Part shown: positions 30,883-40,589 of the stretch, one piece after another | Position numbering within the stretch: the first letter of the stretch is position 1 | How the letters are laid out: each line of letters begins with the position of its first letter | NCBI GenBank assembly: GCA_964387145.1 | Contig: CAYLVM010000003.1 | Span: 2,407 to 66,406, forward strand | DNA length: 64,000 bases | Reading direction: 5' to 3' | Source of the DNA: an uncultured Acidimicrobiaceae bacterium | GTDB lineage: Bacteria; Actinomycetota; Acidimicrobiia; Spongiisociales; UBA5794 | Made by a program: the position numbers and the translations under genes | The notes under the pieces: model-generated | Databases searched by the model: none | Seen by the model: only the letters and a program-made list of their open reading frames with translations | What the model was told of the DNA's origin: nothing

Positions 30883-32133
30883 GTGAATCAGCGCAGGGTG
30901 GTCGTCACCGGCCTCGGGTCCGTGACATCCCTCGGGTTGGACGTCGAAACGTACTGGTCGAACATCCTTGCCGGGAAGAGCGGGGTATCGGCGATCGAGC
31001 GAATCGACGTCTCGGACATCACAGCCAAGATCGCTGCCGAGATCAAAGATTTCGATATCGAGGAGTACATGTCGCGGCGCGATGCCCGGCGGCTCGACCG
31101 TGCGAGCCAGTACTTCTGGGTTGCCACGAAGCAGGCTCTCGAAGATGCAGACATCTCCTTCGATGAGGACGACCCCGACGCACTGCGCGCAGGTGTCCTC
31201 GCAGGAACGGGGATAGGTGGTATCGAGACGCTCGAAGAACAGGTCGGAGTTCTCATCTCCAAGGGGCCCCGGCGCATGTCGCCGTACGGTATTGCAAAGA
31301 TCATCTCGAACATGGCAGGTGGAGTGGCGTCGATCGATTTCCATCTCTACGGGCCGAACTCGACAACGGTCACCGCGTGTGCCGCATCGGCAAACGCGAT
31401 CGGTGACGGTGCTGCCATCATCGCCCGCGGTGCAGCTGACGTCATGGTCGCTGGTGGGGGAGAAGCCGCGATCACCCGGTTCGCCATGGCGGGGTTCGCT
31501 CAGGCAAGAGCGCTCAGCACCAACAACGATGATCCCGAAGGCGCTTCCCGACCTTTCGACCTCAACCGGGACGGATTCGTCATGGGTGAGGGAGCAGCCG
31601 TCTTGATCCTCGAGGAGTATGAACGTGCCGTTGCTCGCGGAGCACAGATCTACGCCGAGGTGCTCGGCTACGGCATGTCCGCCGATGGGTATCACATAAC
31701 ACTGCCACGTCCCGGGGGTGCGGGAGCGGCTCGCTCGATGCAAGCAGCGATGCTCGATGCCGGTCTCGAACCCTCCGAGATCGGCTACATCAACGCTCAC
31801 GGAACATCCACACCGGCCAACGACAAGACCGAGACTGCAGCGATCAAGACCGCGTTCGGTGAAGACGTCGCGTACACGGTGCCGATCTCATCGACGAAGT
31901 CGATGACCGGACACCTCCTCGGTGCCGCAGGAGCGATCGAGTCGTTGTCATGCATCCTTGCCATTCGCGACGGGGTCATCCCGCCGACGATCAACTACGT
32001 GACCCCGGATCCAGAGTGCGATCTCGGCTACGTGCCGAACGTCAAGCGTGAGGTTCCCATCACCACCGCAATGACGAACTCGTTCGGGTTCGGAGGCCAC
32101 AACGTGTCACTCATCTTCGGAGCGGTCGACTAA
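30883..32133 (+). CDS. fabF: 3-oxoacyl-ACP synthase II
   Basis: GTG start after an AGGAGA RBS (VNQRRVVVTGLG); KAS motifs CAAS, HGTST, GHLLGAAG; the ORF-track 5' extension overlaps fabG and acpP and is not coding. Confidence 0.9.
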   Translation: MNQRRVVVTGLGSVTSLGLDVETYWSNILAGKSGVSAIERIDVSDITAKIAAEIKDFDIEEYMSRRDARRLDRASQYFWVATKQALEDADISFDEDDPDALRAGVLAGTGIGGIETLEEQVGVLISKGPRRMSPYGIAKIISNMAGGVASIDFHLYGPNSTTVTACAASANAIGDGAAIIARGAADVMVAGGGEAAITRFAMAGFAQARALSTNNDDPEGASRPFDLNRDGFVMGEGAAVLILEEYERAVARGAQIYAEVLGYGMSADGYHITLPRPGGAGAARSMQAAMLDAGLEPSEIGYINAHGTSTPANDKTETAAIKTAFGEDVAYTVPISSTKSMTGHLLGAAGAIESLSCILAIRDGVIPPTINYVTPDPECDLGYVPNVKREVPITTAMTNSFGFGGHNVSLIFGAVD

Positions 32134-32136
32134 CAG

Positions 32137-32179
32137 CAGACGGCTTTCGGCCTACGGCTTTCGGTCTACGGTTCTCGGC
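32137..32179. repeat. three tandem copies of a 14-nt unit (CTACGGCTTTCGGY) immediately after the fabF stop
   Basis: ACGGCTTTCGG at 32140 and 32154, ACGGTTCTCGG at 32168. Confidence 0.6.
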
Positions 32180-32238
32180 GGAGAATGCCCTGGGGGGTGT
32201 TCGCGTACCGGGCTCGCAGGCTCGCAATCCCCCCTCGC

Positions 32239-32742
32239 TCACTGCGTTCGCTTGTCCCCCCTGAAGGGGGGACGGTCGGGTGTGGTGGGATCGTCTTCGC
32301 CGTCCTCGTCTGGCTGTGAACCGTCGGCTGTGAACTGTGAACCGTCCGGTACCTCACACCCGACTCCCGTCGGCGGCAACCCGGCGTCCACCCGTTCGTT
32401 GTACTCGTCGAAGGAGCGGCTCACGAGCGCAGCGACGATCCCGACGCCAACGAAAGCTGCGATCGCCGTGACGATCCCCGCGATGACCTCCAGGCCGGTA
32501 CAGGTGTTGGGGAGGCAGATCGTCGACACGATGCTCGAGCCGATCAGGCCGCCCGTCATCGCTCCGACGAACACCGTCATGACGATCGCGGGGCGGACGT
32601 TGAAACGGGCCGCACCGTATCCGAATCCGGCACCGAGTACGGCACCGACGGCACCTCCCACAGCACCGAGGAGGAGCCACCCGGTCACCGCTCCGAACAG
32701 AGCGTTGACGGAGATCGAGAGCAGGTCACTCGGACGCATCAT
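32239..32742 (-). CDS. glycine-zipper membrane protein, hypothetical
   Basis: GxxxG-rich TM helices and an acidic C-terminus; the 3' end is encoded through the heptamer array and a palindrome. Confidence 0.5.
   Translation of the reverse strand: MMRPSDLLSISVNALFGAVTGWLLLGAVGGAVGAVLGAGFGYGAARFNVRPAIVMTVFVGAMTGGLIGSSIVSTICLPNTCTGLEVIAGIVTAIAAFVGVGIVAALVSRSFDEYNERVDAGLPPTGVGCEVPDGSQFTADGSQPDEDGEDDPTTPDRPPFRGDKRTQ
32258..32277. terminator. perfect GC palindrome GTCCCCCC-TGAA-GGGGGGAC, candidate bidirectional terminator for convergent fabF and the membrane gene
   Basis: 8-bp G/C stem with a 4-nt loop; lies inside the last codons (PPFRGD) of the minus-strand gene. Confidence 0.4.
32312..32349. 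repeat. tandem heptamer array GGCTGT GAACCGT CGGCTGT GAACTGT GAACCGT (site D)
   Basis: Same CTGTGAAC core as site A; lies in the 3' end of the minus-strand membrane gene, just downstream of fabF. Confidence 0.65.
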
Positions 32743-33439
32743 CGGCTCTCTTGTGGTTCCGCACCACGGGTGCGGGCAGTGGTGGCGTTATGACGGTCGT
32801 TGCGCGGCGTGCGTCGGGAAGCCACGCGACGAGGGTTGTCGCCAGCACTGCTGCACCGAGGGGAAGCGTCCCCGGCCATACGGTTGCGCCCGTCGCGACG
32901 ATCCCCGCAACCGGAACCGCGATCCGTAGCCCCCAGATCCCGAAGCGGATGCCACGTCCGTACCCCCATGATGAGAGCATCACCACCACGATCAACACCA
33001 CATGGGCGCCTGAGAGACCGCCGAGTGCTGTGAGGCCCACGAAGAGCGGGGTTGCGGGACCGACCGAAATGAGCGTGACCACTGCGGGGTTGGGCGCATC
33101 GGCAACCGGAGCGTGGCGCACCCACAGGAGAAGCCACGGGCCGGCGATCCCGACTGTGGCGATGGCGGCGAGAAGGAGGTCGAGGAAGAACAACCATCCA
33201 CCGACGAGTGATGCGAGGAGAAGGCCGACGATCACGGTACTCAGCAGAGACCACCGGCCCCATGGTGCTCGAACGAGCACGAGTCCCACGAAAGCCGACA
33301 CTGCTGCCAGCACCATGCCGGCGAGGACAACGATCGTTGCACCCGTGTCGAACGCCCCGGGTTGCACAGCGAGCGAAGCCGCCCCCACCACCGCCGACAC
33401 TACGGCAACGACACCTATGAGGATGGGGAGACGTGCCAC
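32726..33439 (-). CDS. integral membrane protein, hypothetical
   Basis: 237 aa with about 7 TM helices; 17-nt overlap with the downstream gene. Confidence 0.5.
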   Translation of the reverse strand: MARLPILIGVVAVVSAVVGAASLAVQPGAFDTGATIVVLAGMVLAAVSAFVGLVLVRAPWGRWSLLSTVIVGLLLASLVGGWLFFLDLLLAAIATVGIAGPWLLLWVRHAPVADAPNPAVVTLISVGPATPLFVGLTALGGLSGAHVVLIVVVMLSSWGYGRGIRFGIWGLRIAVPVAGIVATGATVWPGTLPLGAAVLATTLVAWLPDARRATTVITPPLPAPVVRNHKRADDASE

Positions 33440-33460
33440 GGCACCAATCCAATGCTACGG

Positions 33461-33871
33461 CTACTGCTTGGGACGGGAGTCGACCGCGCCGGGGATGCGC
33501 TGCATGCCGATCAACGCCTTGTACCTGTGGATTCCCGGCTCGAGAGTCGAGTAGTCGAACTCGAAGACATCACCCTCGGCGAGGGTCGTCTCGAAGTTGC
33601 CGTCACTGTCGACCAAGACGTACTCCCGCGGATCCTCGTTGATCCACTGGACGATCCATATCTCGTCGAGGTCGATCTTGAGGTTCGCCGGCCGAAAGAC
33701 GCCGTTATCGATGAGAACCACCGTCACGCCCTCAGGTGGTGGCTCGGTCGTCGTCGTCGTCGTTGGCTGACGATCTGCCTCGATCGTCGATGCCGACGGG
33801 GTGGAGGTGTTGAGTGCACCGAGTACAAGCAGGACTGCGAACGCGCCAACGACCAGCAACATCGACTTCAT
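33461..33871 (-). CDS. secreted protein with signal peptide and Thr/Pro linker, hypothetical
   Basis: MKSMLLVVGAFAVLLVLGA signal peptide, TTTTTTEPPPEG linker, and a C-terminal ~90-aa beta-rich domain. Confidence 0.5.
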   Translation of the reverse strand: MKSMLLVVGAFAVLLVLGALNTSTPSASTIEADRQPTTTTTTEPPPEGVTVVLIDNGVFRPANLKIDLDEIWIVQWINEDPREYVLVDSDGNFETTLAEGDVFEFDYSTLEPGIHRYKALIGMQRIPGAVDSRPKQ

Positions 33872-33881
33872 GATGCTTCGG

Positions 33882-34550
33882 CTATCCAAGGCGCTCCTCG
33901 ATCTCGGTGGTGGGAGTGTACCTGTCCTCGATTCCTTCGCAGCGTCCGGTGCACGCTGACGGTTCCCACAGGGAGGTCTCCACCCAGCTATCGGATCGGG
34001 TAGATACGAGCGCGGTAGCCGACGCGTGCCCCGGCGGATCGCGACGCAGGTCTGACAGCGGTCGCCCCAAGAGCTTCAGACGCACGGCCTGGATGGGGTC
34101 CTGATGGCCGACCATCGCAAGGACCCGCTGCCCGGCACCGAACGAGTCGTATACGGCACGAACCATGCGTTCGGCGATGGTGTGGATCGACTCGACGACA
34201 TCGTCGAGGGCCGCAGCGTTCCTCAGATACCCTGTGAGCTGCTCGTGATGCATCTCGTCGACCTCAACCCATCGAAGCCCGGTCCATCCCGGATACATCC
34301 TGGCCTCGGTGAGACGCACGTCGGGGCGGACCTCGAGACCGTGGTGTGCAGCGATCGCTGCTGCCGTGTGGCGTGCACGGGGCAAGGGTGAGGACACGAC
34401 GACATCGATGGGGACGGTGTCGAGGTGACGCCCCACTGCGTGGGCTTCGAGCACGCCGAGCGGGGAGAGGTCGAAGCCGGGAAGATCGGCGTACACGACA
34501 TGATTCGGGTTGGCGACTTCGCCGTGGCGGATCAGGATCAGCGTGCGCAT
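33882..34550 (-). CDS. histidine phosphatase family protein (phosphoglycerate mutase-like)
   Basis: LIRHGE catalytic RHG motif at the N-terminus. Confidence 0.75.
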   Translation of the reverse strand: MRTLILIRHGEVANPNHVVYADLPGFDLSPLGVLEAHAVGRHLDTVPIDVVVSSPLPRARHTAAAIAAHHGLEVRPDVRLTEARMYPGWTGLRWVEVDEMHHEQLTGYLRNAAALDDVVESIHTIAERMVRAVYDSFGAGQRVLAMVGHQDPIQAVRLKLLGRPLSDLRRDPPGHASATALVSTRSDSWVETSLWEPSACTGRCEGIEDRYTPTTEIEERLG

Positions 34551-34677
34551 CGGGCTACCTTACGGCGGCGAGCACGCGCACGGGTATGACCCGGTCACGA
34601 CATTTCATCCGTAGCGGGTACGAGCATGAGCGGTATACTGTGGAGTGGAAGCTACTCGTCGACCCACGAGAGACGAA

Positions 34678-35019
34678 ATGCCGCTGAACGAGCACGAGCA
34701 GAAGATTCTCGACGAGATCGAGCGTCAGCTGTACGAAGAGGACCCCAAGCTGGCACAGAAGGTGGCGAAGGCCGTGCGCACCGGTAGCGACCGGTGGAGG
34801 ATGCGCCTCGCAGCGATTGTGTTCCTCCTGGGTGCAGTCGTGATGTTCTCCTCGTTCACGAGGTCCTGGGCGATTGCAGGACTGGGCTTCCTGATCATGG
34901 TCGGATCTGCAGGCTGGATGGCACATTCAGTGGGTGTGCACCGAGAAGCGCGCGGCTCGACCGGAGTGCTCGAATCGTTCGTAGAGCGCTTTGAGCGTAG
35001 GTGGCAACAGGGTGACTAG
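34678..35019 (+). CDS. DUF3040 domain membrane protein
   Basis: MPLNEHEQKILDEIERQL matches the DUF3040 N-terminal motif; two TM helices. Confidence 0.6.
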   Translation: MPLNEHEQKILDEIERQLYEEDPKLAQKVAKAVRTGSDRWRMRLAAIVFLLGAVVMFSSFTRSWAIAGLGFLIMVGSAGWMAHSVGVHREARGSTGVLESFVERFERRWQQGD

Positions 35020-35099
35020 GATGGCCCAGCTTGGCTCGATAGCAAGCCTGGGCAAGCAGTAGAGGACACGACGGGCAGCTCACTTCGCCCGCTCGATGA

Positions 35100-35615
35100 A
35101 TGAAAGGGAGATGGGCCTTGGATGGTTTCACCGCTGCACAGGCGTGCGAGCTGACTGGATGCACACCTCATCAGCTTCGATACTGGGACAAGGTCGGACT
35201 CATCGAACCGTCCATTCAGACCACCGATGGCCGTCCGGGCCGTCGGCGCATCTACAGCTTCCGTGACCTCGTCGGCTTGCGTGTCGTCAAGAGCCTCCTC
35301 GACAACGGTCTTTCGATCCAGCGCGTGCGTCGGGCGTGGGACTACCTTCGCCGGACGGGCGACATGGACGAGCAACTCTCGAACGTCAAGCTGATCACCG
35401 ACGGCCACTCGATCTTCGCTGTGGCCCACGATGAGGACGAGATCCTCGACGCGCTGCGCCAAGGCCAGTTGGCGTTCTTCGTCAAGATCGACGAGATCGC
35501 CCAGGATGTCGAAGACGACGTGACGAAGTTCGAACTCGATCGGGACAGTTTCCGCACGATGCTGGCCATGGTCGAGGATGATGTGAAGTCGGAAGCGACC
35601 GAAGCGTCAGGCTGA
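35100..35615 (+). CDS. MerR-family transcriptional regulator
   Basis: HTH in FTAAQACELTGCTPHQLRYWDKVGLIEP; exact start uncertain. Confidence 0.65.
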   Translation: MKGRWALDGFTAAQACELTGCTPHQLRYWDKVGLIEPSIQTTDGRPGRRRIYSFRDLVGLRVVKSLLDNGLSIQRVRRAWDYLRRTGDMDEQLSNVKLITDGHSIFAVAHDEDEILDALRQGQLAFFVKIDEIAQDVEDDVTKFELDRDSFRTMLAMVEDDVKSEATEASG

Positions 35616-35638
35616 CGAGGTCGCGACATCCGAGTACC

Positions 35639-38131
35639 TCAGTTCCGCGGTGGGTGCCCGCGGCGTCGCTTTCGCCCGTTTCGCTGACCGAGGAACGTTC
35701 TGTAGCGGGTGATGATGCGGGTCGGCCGGTAGGCTGCAAGAACTCTTTCGAGCGCTGAGTATCGACGTATCAAGTGCTCTTGGGCCTCGATGTGGGCCAC
35801 CGTTGCGCGTTCGATCACGGAAACAGACGTCTCACGGTCCCCGTACAACGTATCGCTGTACGTGCGGGCGAGGGGGAGGAATGCCCGATCGATGTTCTGT
35901 GCCGCCTCGAGCGGGGTCGTTGCCGGGTCGATCGGGTCACCGAGGTCGGCGAGCCTGTCCGTGATGTCCTCCCACGCCGCGGCCACGTCACCGTGAGCAA
36001 GGCGGTTGCGTCGCCGTCGTGCTCGGAGCCACTTCGTTGTAGGTGCCGCACCGGCGAGGATGGCGACGGCGGCGAGTGCGATGGTGAGGTCGACCAACCA
36101 CGCCGGCAACTCGATCCCGTTCGACGTCGAGTCGGCGGCTCCTCCACCCGAGGCACGGATACGGTCGACCGGCTCGGGGCGGTCGAAGCGGCTCTGGTCC
36201 GGGCCCGTCTCTCCGCCTTCGGTGTCGACTACATCGATGTCGGGGATCTCATCGATATACGCAACGGGTGAGAAGTCCAGGTACTCGGTGAGCGTGTCGT
36301 TGATGGTCGGTGCCGAGTACCCGGGGCGGGGAGTGGGGTCGAACATCATCCAACCGAACTGTGGGATCCAGATCTCGACCCAGCTGTGTGCGTTCTTGTC
36401 CTGGATCACTACCGTGTTGTCGTTCAGCAACTCTTTGCCTGGGGCGAATCCGAGGACGACTCGCGACGGTATCCCGAGTGCTCGTGCCATGAGGGCCATC
36501 GACGTCGCGTACTGTTCGCAGTAGCCGTTACGGACGTAGGGGTTGGATTCGTCTGTGAGCCAGTCCTCGACGGACGAGGTCGTGTACTGGGCGGGTACGC
36601 TGTCGTTGTAGGTGAACTCACCGTACTGCTCGTCGCCGTACCGGAAGTACTGTTCGAGGGCGATCGCCTTTTCGTAGTTGGTCTCGAGGTTCGTCGTGAG
36701 ACCCTCAGCGATCCGGATGACACCTGCTCCGAGGTCGTCCGGGTACTCGGTCCAGAACTCCTCGTTTGCCAGAGCAAGCGGTTCGAGTTCGATGCCCGGC
36801 TTCGGAAGGTAAGCGTTGTCGTCAGCGGCTGCTTGGAAAAGCGGGCTCAGCGTCCCATCCTCGGTGCGTGCCAGGGCCGCAAGGGTCGCTCCGGAGTACC
36901 TGGCCACCTCTGCACGCACGGTGTACTCCATGCCCTTGTAGGTCGTGTCGCCCGGGAGGAATAGCGACCCGTCGAGTCTCCGAACACGGATCGACCTGAG
37001 GTCCCCTTCGTTGGTCGTCCCCACGAAGTTCGATGTCGTAGGGGCGGGCATCCATGGCTGTGTGAGGTTCTCGATTCGGATTGCCACGGTCACCGGGAGA
37101 GTCTCGCCGCGATACACCTGGGACTCGTCGATCCACGTCTCTGTGTCGATCGGGAATGCCCGGACCCGGTCGGTCTGCCACCGTCCGTCCCGGTACACGT
37201 CGAGTGTCACGGTGCGGAACCGGAGCTGATCTGGCGAAACACCATCGATGGTGGCCACGAACAGCGGGAGGTTGGTCTGACTGATCAGCTGAGCCTTGAT
37301 GTCGGTGTACGGGTTGTACGAGACCGAGCCGGAGTAGTCGTCGGTGTATCCAGACGGTGCGCGCCATGTGATGAGGCCGTCGTTGGGAACGGTGCCGCCG
37401 AGGAAGGCAACGGATCCGATCGCCGCCACGATCGTTACAGCGACGAGAGCCATGACCGCCAACGACGGTCGCTTGCTCGGAGGGCGCGTCGCCCCGACGC
37501 GCTGAAGTCGACCGGATCCCTGATCGCGCTCATCCGCTCTGATCGCAAGCAGCGACAATGCAACGATTCCAAGGAACACGGCGACGTGGATGATCCCTTT
37601 CGGGCGACGGTCGATGATCACGAACTGAAGGGCGATGACGAGTGGCGTGATCACGGCGATGTACGGACGATCGGTGAGGAGCCCTGCAACGAGAAGGAAC
37701 CCGAGTATCCAGAACAAGACGGCAAGGAGGAGGATGAGGCCTGGTACCGGCCTGACAGGTTCGACGCCGTAGCGGATGATCTCGAGCGCCCGACCGATCT
37801 CGAACTGCACCGTCGTCCACGTTGCCGATGTGGGGAGCACCGTCCAGAGCGTATCGGGGGCGACCAGGAGGCCACCGGTGATCATGAAACCGACGACGTT
37901 TCCCGCAACGACCACCACAGCGTGGGCGCGGTACGCAAGGAGGATCCAAGTGACCGCAGCGCCGAGCGTCGTGGCGATGATGATGGCGAGCTGCCACGGT
38001 GTTCCGACCACCGAGGGGCGAAGCACGAACGACAGTTCCCAAAAGGCGATACCGAGCGCACCGGCGCCCGCTATCCAGCTGTAGCGGTAGACCATCCGTG
38101 CTCCATGGCGTGTCTCCAAGGCTCGTCCCAC
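35639..38131 (-). CDS. transglutaminase-like membrane protein (DUF3488 / TgpA-type)
   Basis: N-terminal multi-TM region, transglutaminase core (GYCEQYATSMALMARALGIPSRVV, H/D residues), C-terminal TM plus DUF4129-like tail. Confidence 0.8.
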   Translation of the reverse strand: MGRALETRHGARMVYRYSWIAGAGALGIAFWELSFVLRPSVVGTPWQLAIIIATTLGAAVTWILLAYRAHAVVVVAGNVVGFMITGGLLVAPDTLWTVLPTSATWTTVQFEIGRALEIIRYGVEPVRPVPGLILLLAVLFWILGFLLVAGLLTDRPYIAVITPLVIALQFVIIDRRPKGIIHVAVFLGIVALSLLAIRADERDQGSGRLQRVGATRPPSKRPSLAVMALVAVTIVAAIGSVAFLGGTVPNDGLITWRAPSGYTDDYSGSVSYNPYTDIKAQLISQTNLPLFVATIDGVSPDQLRFRTVTLDVYRDGRWQTDRVRAFPIDTETWIDESQVYRGETLPVTVAIRIENLTQPWMPAPTTSNFVGTTNEGDLRSIRVRRLDGSLFLPGDTTYKGMEYTVRAEVARYSGATLAALARTEDGTLSPLFQAAADDNAYLPKPGIELEPLALANEEFWTEYPDDLGAGVIRIAEGLTTNLETNYEKAIALEQYFRYGDEQYGEFTYNDSVPAQYTTSSVEDWLTDESNPYVRNGYCEQYATSMALMARALGIPSRVVLGFAPGKELLNDNTVVIQDKNAHSWVEIWIPQFGWMMFDPTPRPGYSAPTINDTLTEYLDFSPVAYIDEIPDIDVVDTEGGETGPDQSRFDRPEPVDRIRASGGGAADSTSNGIELPAWLVDLTIALAAVAILAGAAPTTKWLRARRRRNRLAHGDVAAAWEDITDRLADLGDPIDPATTPLEAAQNIDRAFLPLARTYSDTLYGDRETSVSVIERATVAHIEAQEHLIRRYSALERVLAAYRPTRIITRYRTFLGQRNGRKRRRGHPPRN

Positions 38132-39255
38132 TTCCCGGTCGCGCTCGTCCTCACCATGAGGGCACCCGCATGCGCGAAACGAACGACGGCGTCATCATCG
38201 TCCTCTGCAACAGAGAGTACGACCGTTCTGTAGAAATCCTGACTAAGAAGTTGGAACGTCGCAATATCTGCTTCGTCGGGTGTGCCCGTGACCATGACGA
38301 ATACACCGCCGGCCATACCCGACCTCCTCAGGCCAGCGACAACCTGGCGCAGGTCCATCGAGCGCACCGGGCGAACCGTTGCGAGCTCCTCCATGGCAAT
38401 GGTGTACGCGTCGGGTGAGCCGACGAGCGTCCCGTTCCCGAAGCCCGCCCACATCGTTGGTGTGTATCCGGATCGGAACAGATGGTGAAGCACAGACGCT
38501 GCCCCTCGCACCGCCTGCTCGAAGCTGTCACCAGAGGCGTGGGGCTCCGCTCTGGGATCGAGAGCGATGAACGCACGGGACTGCCACGGCATCTCGAGCT
38601 GTTTCACCATCAACGTGTCCCTGCGGGCCGATGAGGGCCAGTGGACCTTGCGGATATCGTCGCCATGCTGGTACTCGCGCAGGGTGAAGAAGTCCTCACC
38701 GCTGCTGTGCCAGAAGCTGGCCCGAGATGTGTTCATCGTCTGGTCCTGGCCACGCCCGGTGGGAACGCCCGTGAGATCCTCTACCCGCGGGTAGACGACG
38801 AGACGATCGGCGACGCCGAAGGTCGAGACGGACTCTGTGAACCCGAGTGGGTCTCCTATCGTCACCCTCGCCGGGCCGACGGTGTACACGCCGCGGGGGC
38901 GACACAGCACCTCGTAGCGGCCCGCCGTCGAGTCTCCATCGGCGATCCTGTCGGCAACGAACGTAGCGGATCCCAGACCGTGGACACGGTCCTCGATCGA
39001 GACGCGGAAGATCTTTCTTCGAGACTCGAGCGACAGATCGACGAGGGCCCGATCCCCATCGTGGAGCTGCATCGGGCTGATTCGACGCTTGAGCACGAGG
39101 CGCGGTACCGCCAGGCGCACGTACAAGGAACCGCCGGCAACCGCTGCAAGAAGGAACACGGCGAGTGCGAGCAAGAGATCCTCCCCGAACCCTGCCCAGA
39201 GAACCCCGAGTGCAACAGCGGCTCCGATCGCCGCCCAACCCCGGGTAGTCGGCAT
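38071..39255 (-). CDS. DUF58 (vWA-like) domain protein
   Basis: TLREYQHGDDIRKVHWPSSAR DUF58 signature; lies between MoxR and the transglutaminase gene as in known three-gene operons. Confidence 0.8.
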   Translation of the reverse strand: MPTTRGWAAIGAAVALGVLWAGFGEDLLLALAVFLLAAVAGGSLYVRLAVPRLVLKRRISPMQLHDGDRALVDLSLESRRKIFRVSIEDRVHGLGSATFVADRIADGDSTAGRYEVLCRPRGVYTVGPARVTIGDPLGFTESVSTFGVADRLVVYPRVEDLTGVPTGRGQDQTMNTSRASFWHSSGEDFFTLREYQHGDDIRKVHWPSSARRDTLMVKQLEMPWQSRAFIALDPRAEPHASGDSFEQAVRGAASVLHHLFRSGYTPTMWAGFGNGTLVGSPDAYTIAMEELATVRPVRSMDLRQVVAGLRRSGMAGGVFVMVTGTPDEADIATFQLLSQDFYRTVVLSVAEDDDDAVVRFAHAGALMVRTSATGKWDEPWRHAMEHGWSTATAG

Positions 39256-40283
39256 CAGACGGTGGGCCTCGTACCTGGTACCGGGATGGATGAAGCAACC
39301 TGGTCGATCACTTCGAGGGCAGTCACACCACGCATCTGAGCCTCTGGTCGGACGATCAGGCGGTGATTCAAGACGGGTTCGAGGATGGCTTTCACGTCGT
39401 CGGGACTCGCGTAGTCTCGGCCATCGGCCGCCGCCATCGATCGGGCAGCGCGCTGGAGGAACAATGTTGCACGGGGAGACGCGCCGAGGAGGATGTCGGG
39501 GTGGACCCTCGTTGCCTCGGCGACATCGATCAGGTAGCCGCGGAGCACGTCCGCGACGTGGACGCTCTGGACGATTGAAGCCATCCGCACGACGTCCTCA
39601 GCGTGGATGACGGGTTTGAGGTCGTGGAACGTCGAACCTGCGCCGTGGGTCTCGAGCATCTCGAGTTCCTTGGCACGTTCGGGGTAGCCCATCGTGACAC
39701 GCATCATGAATCGGTCGAGCTGTGCTTCAGGAAGCGGATACGTTCCCTCGTGTTCGATCGGGTTCTGGGTCGCGATCACGATGAACGGCCTATCGAGTAC
39801 GCGTGTCTCGGCGTCGACCGTCACCTGCTGTTCCTCCATCGCTTCGAGGAGAGCAGCCTGGGTCTTGGGGCTTGCGCGGTTGATCTCATCGCCAAGAACC
39901 ACGTTCGCGAACACCGGTCCCGGTCTGAACGTGAAGATGCCACGCTCGCGGTCCCATACAGAGACACCCGTCACGTCCGATGGGAGCAGATCCGGGGTGA
40001 ACTGGATCCGTTGGAATGTGCAATCGATCGATCGTGCGAGCGCCTTGGCGAGCAGCGTCTTGCCGACACCGGGGACGTCTTCGATCAGCACGTGGCCTTC
40101 AGCAACCAGGCTTGCCACGACGAGTTCGATCGTCGATCGCTTGCCCTGGATGATGCGTTCGATGTTGCTCGTCACCGTGGCGAAACGGTCACCGAACCAC
40201 GTCAGATCGTCTGGCGACAGGGACACGTTGCCTCCTCGTATGTCCTGTGGCGGTCTCCTGACGATACCCGTCCACATATCCAT
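39255..40283 (-). CDS. MoxR-family AAA+ ATPase
   Basis: Walker A DVPGVGKT, Walker B VVLGDEINRASPKTQ. Confidence 0.85.
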   Translation of the reverse strand: MDMWTGIVRRPPQDIRGGNVSLSPDDLTWFGDRFATVTSNIERIIQGKRSTIELVVASLVAEGHVLIEDVPGVGKTLLAKALARSIDCTFQRIQFTPDLLPSDVTGVSVWDRERGIFTFRPGPVFANVVLGDEINRASPKTQAALLEAMEEQQVTVDAETRVLDRPFIVIATQNPIEHEGTYPLPEAQLDRFMMRVTMGYPERAKELEMLETHGAGSTFHDLKPVIHAEDVVRMASIVQSVHVADVLRGYLIDVAEATRVHPDILLGASPRATLFLQRAARSMAAADGRDYASPDDVKAILEPVLNHRLIVRPEAQMRGVTALEVIDQVASSIPVPGTRPTV

Positions 40284-40589
40284 AGGTGCAGAGTTGGGTA
40301 CCTGCTGCGCTCTGAGCTCGCTACCGTGGAACCATGATCAGCTTCAACGCCGTGCGTGTGGTTGCGCGACACCCCACGCTCTGGATGACCGCCCTGGGTT
40401 CTGCTGCTGCGCTCGCCCCCCGGCGATGGTGGATGCGCTGGCCGTTTCTCCCGATTCCGGACCCCGACGTGGTGTCGTGGAGAGTGACTACTGCTTATGG
40501 ACACGGGGAAATGGCCCTTGTGCCCGAGGACCTCATTTTGTATCTTCGATGGAGGAGGAAGGCACCATTGTGAGCGTTGGGAGGAATAC

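Noticed and set aside
20131-32349. Heptamer arrays A and D as direct-repeat boundaries of a 12-kb mobile region
   Set aside because: The intervening genes (queG, aminotransferase, fabD-H-G-acpP-F) are core housekeeping genes with native-looking codon usage and tight operon structure. Two direct copies of a dispersed repeat are expected by chance if the family is common.
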